The translations under genes and the position numbers were made by a program. Positions 23,080 through 34,863 of a stretch of DNA of 64,000 nucleotides are shown here, one piece after another; the stretch's first letter is position 1, and the number at the start of each line of letters is the position of its first letter. The notes under the pieces are model-generated. The model worked only from the letters and a program-made list of their open reading frames with translations. It ran no database searches and had not been told where the DNA came from. This DNA is from Ptychomitrium polyphyllum (lineage: Eukaryota): contig OZ316776.1 in the NCBI GenBank assembly GCA_973851085.1, positions 11,284,001 through 11,348,000 of the forward strand, given 5' to 3'.

Positions 23080-26000
23080 ATGGCGAAGGAAGGAGCGAGG
23101 CATTTGGTGAGCAACATTGGAGGGGTTTTGACCAAAGACGAGGTTTTCAACTCGACTGAAGCGTACGTTTAGTCCCCTTGTGGTTCTTCCTCGAGTTTTC
23201 TGAGAAGGGTGGTTTTTAATCATGGGTTTGGGTTCCGAGAACTTGCTGATCAATAGTTTTAGTCTGGATGTCCTTTGGCGACGACTGTTTCAGAACTTTT
23301 GGATCGGTCCTTTCCTCACTTGGGCTTCGCATTTCTTATTTCTGTTTCTCAAACAGAAATATGAAACTTCACTTTATTGTGAAAGAACTTAGCATTACAG
23401 CTCTACAGCAACCAGTTCCAGAGCAGCCTGAGCAAAACATTGGGCTCTGCATTTCTTGCTTTTCTGATCGTGCCCCTGATTACCTGCACCCCGCGGGTAT
23501 CCGATTTGGCCAGCGTGCTCTGTCAAGCTGAGATAAGCTGCCTAGGTCCTGTTGTGTGCGCTAATGGCCATTGAAATTTCCATTGGAAATTCTAATTTAG
23601 ATCATAGCGAAGACCGGTTTTTGAGCACTTCTAGAGAATCGGTCCTAGCTCGGAGGTTGGAATGCTTACATACAAGTATGTCTATCACGTTCTGTGCACG
23701 GCGCGATATAGGGGCGCTATTAAATAAATGTACATTCAGTTAATTTTATTTCAGGGTGTTGCAAAGTATTGTTTCCATCAGCACTGCTGGATCGGTCAGG
23801 ATGAAGCCTTGTACGGCGGGTTTCATGGTTGTCTGCAAAAAGAGAATGTTGTGGTTTGAGAGAAAATCTGAAATTTGATGTCCTGATTTCAGGTACGAGA
23901 AGTATCATTCTTTTCATGGCGGTGACAAAGAAGCAAGAAAGGCTAACTACACTGATATGGTAAGAAGGCTCTACTTTCTTAACAATGAATGTGCCATCCA
24001 GTTCATCGCACAAGTAGTTTCTTCTAGCAATTAGAGGCTCCTCCTTTTTAGAGCATTGTTAACCGCAGATAGTTGTACAATGACATTGCTGATTACTGTT
24101 GAGTTACTTTCGTCTCCTGCTCTTTTTGTCTTTTTTTTTCGCAGGTGAACAAGTATTACGATCTTGTAAACAGCTTCTACGAGTATGGTTGGGGTGAAAG
24201 TTACCACTTTGCTAATAGGTGATTATTTTTATCTTTATCAATCTCAAGTAGCCATACAAGTGGCTGTTAAGGTTATTTGCTCTCAAACGCCTTTTGCAAG
24301 TACCCGGGGTTATTGCATTATTTGCGATTGAGTGGTGTCCGGTAGGTATTGGCCGTTCCCTTAGCGCACTGAAAGTTATTTTACACATTGGGGATTTCAA
24401 TTAACCTCAGATTTATGTTATGACGAATACTTGATCTTATTAATCTGAGCCTTGAACGACCGAAGAGTCTTGTGTCCATTATATATTTCTGAACAATCAC
24501 TATCTGAACTGTCATATCAACGGCCTTAAACAGCTCATTGCAAGGGCCTTATTATATAGCATACTCTATGATCTTCTGTGTTCAGATGGCGTGGGGAGTC
24601 TCTTCGTGAAAGCATCAAACGCCATGAGCACTTTCTGGCTCTGCACCTCCAATTGAAGCCAGGAATGAAGGTAAGCTTCGTATTGGTGATGAATGTGGTC
24701 GAACGTCCATTGCACATGTGCTCCGCCTCTTGGAGGAGATGTAATGAATGAACTGCTCTTTGAGGACCTTGCGTACAACTACTTTTGGTTGTGATTTAAT
24801 CTTCGATACGATATTAACCCTGTGCAAAGATCCACACTCCAGCAGATTTTGATGTTGTTTCGAGAAAAGTTTCCAGATCATCTTATTTTTGGAGAAGAGA
24901 ACGGCGTGAGCCGAATGTTTATTGACGATGCGCACTTATTTGTTATGAGGCTTATTCACTTATGTGGTTTTGACATACACCTACTGGTTTGCAAAGGTAT
25001 TGGATGTTGGCTGTGGAATTGGCGGTCCAGCTCGTGAAATTGCAGCATTCAGGTGAGTGGTCTTCGTTCTCTCTGGAAGTGTCATTTATCTGTGTGATTT
25101 GGGAAAAGGTTCAATGAATAACCTTGACTAGATAATCTGGTTATTCTGACGGATTAAACAAAAATCACCAAATGTCTTAAACATTATCTAACTACAAAAA
25201 GCCTTTCTGCATTTCGTATTCTGACTTTGAGGGTTCTATGGATCAAATACTGGATTTCAGTGGAGCTTCAGTGACAGGCCTAAACAACAACGACACTCAA
25301 ATCGCCCGTGGCAAGGTAACCTGCTTTTAACCTCGTAATCTATACCTCTTGGAAGTAGCACGGTGCTATGCGGCATGTTTGTGCTAAAAGTAGCGTTGCG
25401 CCTTTTCACAGCAACGCGTTGCTGACTGTAATTCTTGAATACCTTTTTGTAATACGGTTATAGAAAGATCAATTGATAAATCTGAATTACTGGTTATTCA
25501 GGTGTTGACAAAGAAAGCTGGGCAGGAAAATCTAATCAATTATTTGAAAGTAAGCACCCCTTCACTACCCTAATGATCTCTCAGTTGCCCTACAACATTC
25601 AGTGTCTTCCTTTGCCATCTCTGTGGGGCTATTTAGGACATGCTGATAACCATGCTTCAGATACCTGTTGCATGGGTAGTGTAGTTTGCTCAAATGTTTT
25701 TTCATTTGCTCATTATTGATCCGCTTTTTTGGGGTGAGTTACAGGCAGATTTCATGAAGATGCCAGATCCTGACAGCACTTATGATGCTGTTTACACCAT
25801 TGAGGCTTCCTGTCATGCTCCTGACCCTGTAAGCATCCCATCATTGTTTTTGCCTTTATGCACTATGAGCACCTTGGATTTCAGGTTCGCTTTCCTAGAC
25901 GATTATTGTACGCTTGTTTAAATTGATGATTTTGTGTTTTCATGGATGGTGAATTTACAGGTTGCGTGCTACACAGAGATCAAAAGAGTCCTGAAACCAG

Positions 26001-27367
26001 GGCAGCTCTTTGCTGGTTATGAGTGGTGCATAACTGATGCCTACAATCCTGAAAACAAAGATCACAAACGGATCAAGGTAGCACCCTCGACTGTGGACTT
26101 ACCATATTGAGATACTCAGTTAGTAAAACTGAAATTACTTTTTCTTTTGATAGTATACATTTGTTATAATAGGGCCTAACGTCTGGTTATGTCCATATAC
26201 TGAAAAGAAGTTAAGTTCAAATTTGTAGATAGATGAATCGATAGGTGGCACTGCTGTTCTGGAGCTGTATAGTGATATGGAGAGAACAGTAGAAGCCATA
26301 TGAGTTTAGGACCATGAATTCAGATGTATGTAGGCATTCAGAAACGACTTTCAACTGAGGTCTACGATTTGCAGTGCTGTCTACTAACTAGTGTAAATTG
26401 TGGCATTTGACTGCACAGGAAGAGATAGAGCTTGGAAACGGCCTCCCTGATATCCGCTCAACCCGCCAGGTTCTTGACGCTCTGAGAACTGCAGGTTTTG
26501 AGGTATAATTCTATTTTAGCTAAATATGTTTGTCTTTACGAATTGTCTTGTAATCGCGGGCTGAACCCTGTGTTTCAGAAGGACACTTCTGCCGTGTTCG
26601 TTGGACTCTTATGAACTGTCGTTCACGTAAAATTTGTCAAACCTATTGGGTTCTTAGGGGCGACTGCTTGATCAATCTTCTGATTATGATGTATTGTTTC
26701 TACATATGTTCACTTGAGAGCCTGAATATTTGCTGAGCAGATTCTTATGGAAGAAGACTTGGCTAAAGATTCGCAAGTGCCGTGGTATCAACCGTTAGAC
26801 CCCAACCATTTTTCGTTGAGCACACTTCGACTTACTCCTGTCGGCCGCTTCTTCACCCACAATATGGTATGATGTTGGCAATTCGACTCTGATACTGTGG
26901 TGCTAGCCTTAACAGTTTCGTAAGCTAAGGAGGTGTATCTGCTATTAATAGTGCAAATACTTGTACATCCTAGGAACTGCATACAGTGCAGCCCATATTA
27001 ATTTATCGATCTCGCAGTTTTTGAAAGTTGAGATACCCAGAACTTATTTGTGCAAATCTTGAACTCTCACAGGTGCGTGTTCTGGAAGCCTTGAGAATTG
27101 CACCAGAGGGGAGCACTAGAGTAAGCTCGTTTTTGGAGCAGGGCTTGTTTGGACTTGTCAATGGTGGCCGGTGAGTCTCCGAATCTTTTTTATGAGCTAA
27201 TGTCCGAGGCATATTGAACATGATTGTTGCCACCATTTTGGTTCATAATTTTGCAGAATTGAACATCCAAATCTGGTGATTTTGAACTCTTGGTATCTCT
27301 GGCTGATTACAGGACGGAGGTCTTCACCCCTATGTACTTCTTTCTGGTGCGGAAGCCTCTAGAATGA
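23080..27367 (+). CDS. SMT1: sterol 24-C-methyltransferase 1 (cycloartenol C24-methyltransferase)
   Basis: 13 coding exons: 23080-23162, 23893-23959, 24145-24218, 24586-24670, 24997-25052, 25261-25315, 25502-25549, 25745-25828, 25961-26077, 26419-26502, 26741-26866, 27073-27170, 27313-27367. Motifs RKANYTDMVNKYYDL, FYEYGWGESYHFA, LDVGCGIGGP, IEASCHAP, YEW, IELGNGLPD, FTPMYFFLVRKP. Confidence 0.96.
24416..24495 (+). ncRNA. diverged fourth copy of the same box C/D snoRNA, in SMT1 intron 3 (possibly a pseudogene)
   Basis: TGTT-ATGACGA-ATACTTG-ATCTTATTAAT-CTGA-GCC...CGAAGAG...TCCATT...CTGA-ACA has the same box spacing as copies 1-3; the guide differs by CG>TA. Confidence 0.65.
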
Positions 27368-30300
27368 ACCGCTTCGGTTCCCAGAAATTTTGGAAGCGGA
27401 TCATGCAAGAGATGACCCGATCTGGTGTTGTGCTCTGAGATTGCTGTAATTGAAGCTCTGCAGCTCTGGATGCAAAACTATATATGCTATTGAAACTGGT
27501 GCTTTTTAGCCACGGGGGTCTAGAGCTATTTCTTAGCATGGGCAAGGACTGCAGGAGCTTTCTGCCAGACTGACAAACTGTGTAGGAGTCATTTGCAAGA
27601 TCTTCAAAGGGAGATCCAATTTTTATTACTGTATCAGTCATTTAGGGCTTATATGTGGCTTTAGTGTTAAGTGTCATTATTTTATGACTTTGTATTATCG
27701 ACTTCAACTAATGATGGAATTGATTAAAGGCTTTTAATTTTTGGCTGCGACTCTCTACATATAGAATTATGTTGGGTCTGGTGTTCATTCTCTACTTTTT
27801 GTGATAATTATTCGGTGAATCGTAGGATGTTGTGCAAACTCTTCCACGTGTTATCCTTGTGACACAGAATGAATGCTTCAGTTTGTGAGAGATGCGCTGA
27901 GAGGTAGACTTGGTTACGTTCTGTTGTGCTTAGATGCGGCTACAAACATCGCCTACTAAAGTTAATGAAATCTCCCTAACTTTGCAGGAGCTTAGGACGA
28001 GGCTGAAAATCCTATGTCAATTCATATCGTATTTCTGAGTTATCCAGGGTCAATCCTTGCCAAGACAGTGAGAGTTGTAACATTTTCTGGAGCAAACATC
28101 CCAGCACGGCGGATGCATTAAACAAGTATTCGAACCCGTGCATGGACGGTTGCGCTTGGACCATGCCGTGTGCGCGAGATGGCGGGGCAAGCTCTCAAGC
28201 TCGTGTTGTAGCAGAATTCTTAACAGCCGAGCTGAAAGCTACAACCAGCAGCCATAATTTCTCGTCAGAACTGCGTGAAGAAGATTTGCAATTTGCTTTG
28301 TCATACATAATTCAAGTTTGTGCAGAGGCTCAAGCGTCTCGGGGTCACTTGTATATCTTGAAGTGAACTTCAAAATCTAGTGTTTTTTCTTGCGCCCTTA
28401 GCTCACAACGTACTTATTATCATCTAACTAATGAAGACTGCTTAGATGCAAATTTTTTGTGCCTGGAACATCTAGAACTTACAGCTTGTGGCAATAGATT
28501 TCTAGAACATTATGATGTGTTCTTTATGGTAATTTGATTTGCAACCTTATAGAACTTGATGTATCAGTTCTGGTGATTTTACACTCTAAGGTGGTATCTT
28601 TTCAGTTGCAGGATAGAAGTCTATTTTTGTTACTACGTTACCAAGTAGGGCTTATATTTGTAGCACATTATGAATTGGGGCTGACTGTATGTGAGTGACG
28701 GGAAATGATTATATGTCTTTGTTTCATCAACTTCAAAATGGATTAGGATTCAGGACTTATAATCATGGCTTCTACTTTCTTTGTGTTAGGTAACGTGTTG
28801 AGTCTGGTTTGTTGATTACTTTCTCTGATGATTTTTGTATGAATGTATAGTACTATATGGTAACAACCGTGTGGATTAGTAGGATGTTGTGCAAACTTTA
28901 CCCGTTGTTCCTTTATCAACTACTGTATTGATTCACATTGAAATTGAGTTTTCTTTAGTTGTGCAAGCTTGAACCTGGGGGTGTGTGCGGGTGTGCGTGA
29001 GACTTGCCTTGAACAATGGAGCGAGTAGGCCCTTGATATGCACCAAGTGCAAAGCACTCACGTATACGGTGTTAATCAACTTTTGTAGTTAAAATTTGCG
29101 CTGCATTTTGTGTACGTCAAATGGGTGGAAAATGGGTCAGTTCTTTTACTATTTCTCTGGCATTAATGTGAGTGACCGTGTTGTTTGATTGGTTGGCAGG
29201 GGTGGTTTGAGATTTGAGGAGAATTTCATGAAGAATATATTTAGTTTATGATAACCAAATTATCAGCATTATTCTCAATGTTTGCTCTATATGGCCATTG
29301 CTTTGACAGTGTCCATATTCTTTACATCGACTCTACCTATGATTAGCTTGAGAGGGCACCTCAAGAGGTGTGAGTGAGTATACTGTATACTAACCTTGAA
29401 AATATGTGATAGTTGATTGCATCCTACCATGTGTGTCATGTCATTGATACTTTGTAATACAACAAATTGGTTTTCATTAATTAGTCATCTAACCTAGTTG
29501 TTTTATATAATAGAATAAATTCTCACCAGAGTGTCTTTTTTCTTCAATATCCTCACATCATCAATTCAAGCTATTATTTGCATGTATGTGCACATTGTCA
29601 ATTGCCACATTGGCTAGCCAAAATATGATGACTTATTGTAAAGAGGAATTACATGAATTAACCTCTTCACTTTTTCTTCATTTCATTTGGCCTTTCCTAT
29701 CTTAATTGCAATTTGAACTTATGCTCTCATGGTATTTTTGTATGTTTGGCATATTGTGCCTCTTATAATCTTCCTCAATAACAACAATCATTGCATTGCT
29801 TCAAGGTTACATTTATGTCTTAGATTCTAATTTCACCTTACGTCTATTTACATAGAAGAAGATATATTTGGTGATGAAGGGATTTTTATTTAATCCATGT
29901 TCCAATTGTATATAGTAAAACATTGTATTTATGAAACTACACTTACAAGATTTAACTTGGCAAATAATGCCAAGCCAAGAGAGTTTTTCTACTTAATACT
30001 TCCTCCAAATCCTAATTGGCACTAAAGACCAATAAACATGGAATTTACATAATAAATGAAAACACTGTAAACTAAACTACACTACATACACTCAAAGTGA
30101 GTTAGCACCCGATGCCATGTCATGTAACAAGCCGCTCAATGCTTACTACTTACTATTTACTTTCTCCTCATGTGCTCTTGTCATTAATTCCAATTTTTGA
30201 CTCCATAAAACTAGTATAGACATGTAGTCAACTTACAAGAGAATCTAATAAATTTTAAAGGTCTCTTCTATAGCCAATGGACAAACACAAAATTTTTAAT

Positions 30301-30951
30301 CAAAGATATGAATGTTTTAGGCAAAGGATAGTCCACAAGAAAAGATGAAAAAACATTACCATAATTTTTTGATAAAAAAGAGCTTTTCTTGCAAACAAGC
30401 TCTAGGATTGCCATCAAAAAAGCACTTCCAATATGGTCAAAAGGCAAAGAACTTTCTTACAATAATTGTTGCCATGTAGGCAACCAACTCAATCTCTCAA
30501 TTCATCTTTAAATTACTTTTCCTATAGGTGGCAAGACAAAGCATAAAGCCTTGAAAAAACTTGAAAGTCTTAATCAATTGTATTACTAAATATTTTCTCC
30601 CATACGCAAGAACATGACTCCATTCACAAAATGGAGTGAAACTCAAACCTCATTGAGCACATTCTGTTTAAGAATTAAGGAACTTATTCACACAAGGAGA
30701 GCCAGGAGCCGCACACTGGTAACGTCCACCAGTGTCCACATTTGGCAATAAATCTATTCAGCAACTCCAGGCTCTCAAAAAATCTTTGACTAAAATTAGC
30801 TACAAATCAAAAGGACCGATCAATAAGTAAACCAGTGAGTTCACTGCTTTAATAATTTCGAAACAACCTGCGAAAGCACTACTCATTGACGGATCTCCCA
30901 AGACGAGGAGTACCGTAGTCGACAACGAGAGCAAAAGGTGGTTGAAAACCT

Positions 30952-31996
30952 TCAAAGAACACCCACAGATTTCAGGAGAGGGATAGCAAGAACGAGAAGC
31001 AGAATGATGAGCAGGACGGTGCCAATGCAGCACCACTTCCGAGAACTGCGTTGCGTATTCTTCGCAACTTGCAGCTGTTGTGTACCTCTGTGGATGAAGG
31101 AACTCGCTTTGCCCACTTGCTGCTCGATATCGTTCAACTGTTCTCCTTGGGCATCGACCAGCGTCGCCATGTCCATGAATATCTGGTGGAGCTCCAGAAG
31201 GTTCTTCTCGATGTCTTTCACTGCGTCATGTCGTTCCTGAATCTCCTTGATCGTCTCCATCACTTGCCCTCGCCCTTGCTCCTGAATTGCCTTCTGGAGG
31301 AACGTCTCGCTGCTCCCCGTCTCGATAATGGTGTCTATCGTGTCATCATCCGCATGCTGCCCCGTCACGGTATAGTATCTGCAATATCAGACATGGCGCT
31401 CAACTCCAGGATATTTCTTGGAAAGGAATGCGAAATCTTGTCGTAAAGTTGTGATGAGAAACGAGAGAGGAGATGGAATGAAACAAATACCTGCGTTCTA
31501 CGGTTTCCTTATATTCATCGTTCATGTTCTGCCTCAGAAGTTGGAACTCGCCCATCAGATCCTTGAGCTTCTTTCTGAGAGTGCTGGTGATGGAGGTCCG
31601 GGTCCTGTCGGTCGGAGTGCCCTCCTCGCAACCACGTATTCTTCTGTTCTCTGTATTGGCTTTGTCAAGCTCCTCGAGCTTGAACTTGATGGTCTTGGCG
31701 ATCTTCGTCACCTGCCTGATGTCCGTGTCCATGCGCGCGCGCAACGCTTTCATAGCTTGCGCTTTGCTCACTGTCCTGCTTTCCTCATGAGCACCTTGGA
31801 CCTTCGCCAGCAGTTGCTTGATTTTCTCCATCTCGCTCTTGATCACCCCAACTTCATCAAAGAAGTGCGTCATGTCTATCTCCGGTGCTCCCGGCACCTG
31901 CTCCCCCATTTCAACATCCCCTTTCCGAGAGTCCTTCTTCAGATCCACGTAGTTTGATCCATCTCTACCAAACGACCTTGAGAGAAGGTCGTTCAT
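30952..31996 (-). CDS. plasma-membrane Qa-SNARE syntaxin, SYP1 group (SYP12-like)
   Basis: Exons 31996-31491 and 31378-30952 (ERR|YYTVTG junction). MNDLLSRSF start, Habc helices, SNARE motif [40 protein letters not shown]-terminal TM helix. Confidence 0.95.
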
Positions 31997-32159
31997 TGTA
32001 TAAACAGCTCAAGACGACCTAGCCAAAAAATTTAAAAATTTAAACCCAGCTTCGCAATAGACTCCTCCTTGCCACCGTAACCTCGCTCCTCTACTTGGAA
32101 TCCAAAACCTTGAACAATGCAGAACGAATCAAAGCTGTGGCGATAGCATAAGCAAACGA

Positions 32160-32350
32160 CTTCGCTTGATCCACTCCATCGCTCCAACTTCATCAAAGAA
32201 ACATTCCCTCATCTCGAGTGTACTGTATCTGTATTCCAAGTGCAAGTGGTAAACTCAAACCTTTCCTAAGAAAATTCCAGAACTCAAAACCTCGACGAAT
32301 AGCTGCCGATCAGCACAACGCATGGACTCCTATCTTGAGCGGTCGTTAAA
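32160..32350 (-). pseudogene. decayed duplicate of the syntaxin 5' coding region
   Basis: The minus strand reads LEMRECFFDEVGAMEWIKR versus [16 protein letters not shown] in the gene. CCAACTTCATCAAAGAA is shared exactly, and TTTAACGACC sits where ATGAACGACC would be. Confidence 0.5.
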
Positions 32351-33882
32351 GAGATAACAAAATGGGATCGCAAGGCAATATCAGACCAGACAAGTGCACT
32401 CGTGCAAGACAAAAGGGAAAAGGATTTCAAAATGCATCTGGGAAGCCATAGCTGCGGGGAGTTCCACCGGGGTCAGCAAGTGGGCAGAAACTGATACCAA
32501 GGAGCTTGGTTGAAGACAAAGCACGTGAAGGAGGGTATATGAGAGTAGTCCTAGAGTGGTGGCGAGGGCGTCGGAGAGAAGCACCAACAGCCAAATTATC
32601 ATGCATTTTGGGAAGCTCACATCGCCTTGTTCGCAGGAGTCTCGCAAACCGCTTGCTAAATAGAATATATCTGCCTGGACCACATTACCCAAATTAGAAC
32701 CCACCGCACAGCGCTACATTCATGCCGAGCTCGCACCATACATATTTTTCATAGACACAGTGAATTCTACAGTGTCGCCGTTTCTTATTGCCGAGAAGAA
32801 AACTGAAATCCACGGCAGCTGATCATGCAGGACCATAGGCATGCCATTTCTCTTCAGTCCACCATCTCAGCTCGGCAGTTCATTCTGCTGACTAGGATAG
32901 TAGCATTTTTGCGAAGTTTTCTGAAGGGTACCTTTCCCGTAAGCTTCGCCGACACATTCTAAAAGCCGGAGATCAGGAATTTAGCATGAAATAAACGAGT
33001 TTGGTGGAATTCAAACGGTACCAACTCAGAACTGTAGAAGCAACAAACATCCGCTGCCACAGTATTTCAACGTGGCTCGTTAACAAACGAAGTCAACTCA
33101 CAAATTGGAAACTAACAGAGAAAGTCATGAAGTGTAACCAACCGAGAGATTTGTATTAAAAAGCACACAAAATATCAATCACGATGAAACGTGGAAGAAA
33201 CAAGTTGACAATATTGAACTAGACTGATGTACAATGCATTCATGAAGACAGCCGAAGCATATCTCCAGTCACATCATACAATATCCCAAGGCAGTCAAGA
33301 CAGACTGTCTTCTGTAGAAGATGTGCCAGTTCAATACAGTGCAAAATTCTCACTAGACCAGAGATTTGAGATTCCATCAAATTACAATTGAAATTGACAA
33401 TCAGAGGCTAGCTTTTAATCAATCATTGTACAGTCTATACACGGCGAAAAAACCTATTCAAATCTACTGGTTGAAAGGTGGCCGCAGACACTTCCATGAC
33501 AATGTTAAGTCACAATCGCGTGACAGCAAGCTATGCAGTGTCATCTCAGCCTTCGATGCTCTACTTTTGAGGCAACTGTGTCGAGTATACGTTGACAGGA
33601 ATGACCATTCTCCTCAAATGAAGTACATACCATTTCCATACGCCAGATTCAGATTCTCTAACGGTCAGAGGCAACATGTTTAGTGGACATGCCTGATGTT
33701 GCCATACCAAATCTATACGTAGAGCTCCAGTGAGCTCGTTCCTTCTCGTTTTTGTAGGTCGCTCCCCTATCGCCATGCCATGCGAAGGTCATGCACCAGC
33801 GCAAAATCCAACCGCGACTTGTTTGTACCTATTCGGAAACTAAAGTATGTCATCGACACCGATGACTGTTGCCACTTGCCAC

Positions 33883-34863
33883 CTAACCTGAATTTGCATC
33901 GCAAGTCCAGTGACCTTTCCATGGGACGCAGTCGAGGTAGTGACACCAGCTGCATTTGCTGTGGACATTCACACCGTTGTAAAGAGCAGCAAACCCGCCA
34001 GCAAATCCTGCAATCAAGAGCAGGAGGGAGAGGATGAAGAGGATGAACTGGTAAGGCTTGAATCGGTGTTTGACAGGGCGCTCCATGTTGGGGTCGAGAA
34101 GGTCTCTGCGCCGGACGTAATTGTACTGTGTTTTCATCAGGAAAACAAAGCCCAAGAGAAATCCAGTGACAAAGCCTCCAATGTGCGCCCAGTTGTCAAC
34201 ACGAGGAAGAAGGCCAATGGCGAGGTTAATGCCTGCCACGATGATAATTTGGAAGAGCGTACCGCATCGGTGGCGGTAGTGAGTCCAATTGGTGATGAGC
34301 TCTGAAGCTGTCGCCCCAAGAAGCCCGAAGAGGGCACCTGATGCGCCAACAGAGATAGCGTTTGCGTTTTCGCTCATCAAAGAGGAAAGTAAACTGCCAC
34401 CAAGACCGGCAATGAGGTAGAGCACACCAATTCTGATGAAGCCGAAGTCTCTCTCGAGCTGAATGCCGAAGACCAAGAGGGCGATCATGTTAACAAGGAG
34501 GTGAAATACTCCAGCGTGAAGCCATACACATGACATGAGCCGCCATCCTTCTTTCTGATCAACAACAAGATCCCTTCTCAGGCCGCCCATTCTCTGGAGC
34601 GTCAAGGATGAAGGTCCCAGAAGTGGGTTCTCGCTCCATGGCTGGAACGACATGCGCTTAAAGGACGAACCCAGTATGCAGCTTCGACCGGGGCCAATAT
34701 TCGCAGGGCAGTTGTTCCTATACATTACAACCACGAAGACAATGATGTTTGCCAACACGGCCAAAAGGGTAAAGATGGGCCAATAGTGTCGCTCGCGCTT
34801 CCGCGATGTTGGGCCAACGTACGAAGGGTACATGCCATTGTGTGGAGGCGGAGCTTTTTCCAT
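33883..34863 (-). CDS. rhomboid intramembrane serine protease (plant RBL1-type), single coding exon
   Basis: Uninterrupted ORF from MEKAPPP with ENPLLGPS, EGWRL, WLHAG..HL..N, catalytic GASG and AHIGG, and a C-terminal CSWCHYLDCVP...WTC. Confidence 0.95.
   Translation of the reverse strand: MEKAPPPHNGMYPSYVGPTSRKRERHYWPIFTLLAVLANIIVFVVVMYRNNCPANIGPGRSCILGSSFKRMSFQPWSENPLLGPSSLTLQRMGGLRRDLVVDQKEGWRLMSCVWLHAGVFHLLVNMIALLVFGIQLERDFGFIRIGVLYLIAGLGGSLLSSLMSENANAISVGASGALFGLLGATASELITNWTHYRHRCGTLFQIIIVAGINLAIGLLPRVDNWAHIGGFVTGFLLGFVFLMKTQYNYVRRRDLLDPNMERPVKHRFKPYQFILFILSLLLLIAGFAGGFAALYNGVNVHSKCSWCHYLDCVPWKGHWTCDANSG

Noticed and set aside
24686..24765. GTGATGA C-box in SMT1 intron 4
   Set aside because: No CTGA D box at a suitable distance, no terminal stem and no guide
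31051..31957. Long + strand ORFs over the syntaxin (likewise 50954-51553 over PHOT and 60272-60943 over PUB)
   Set aside because: Antisense shadows of GC3-rich coding exons
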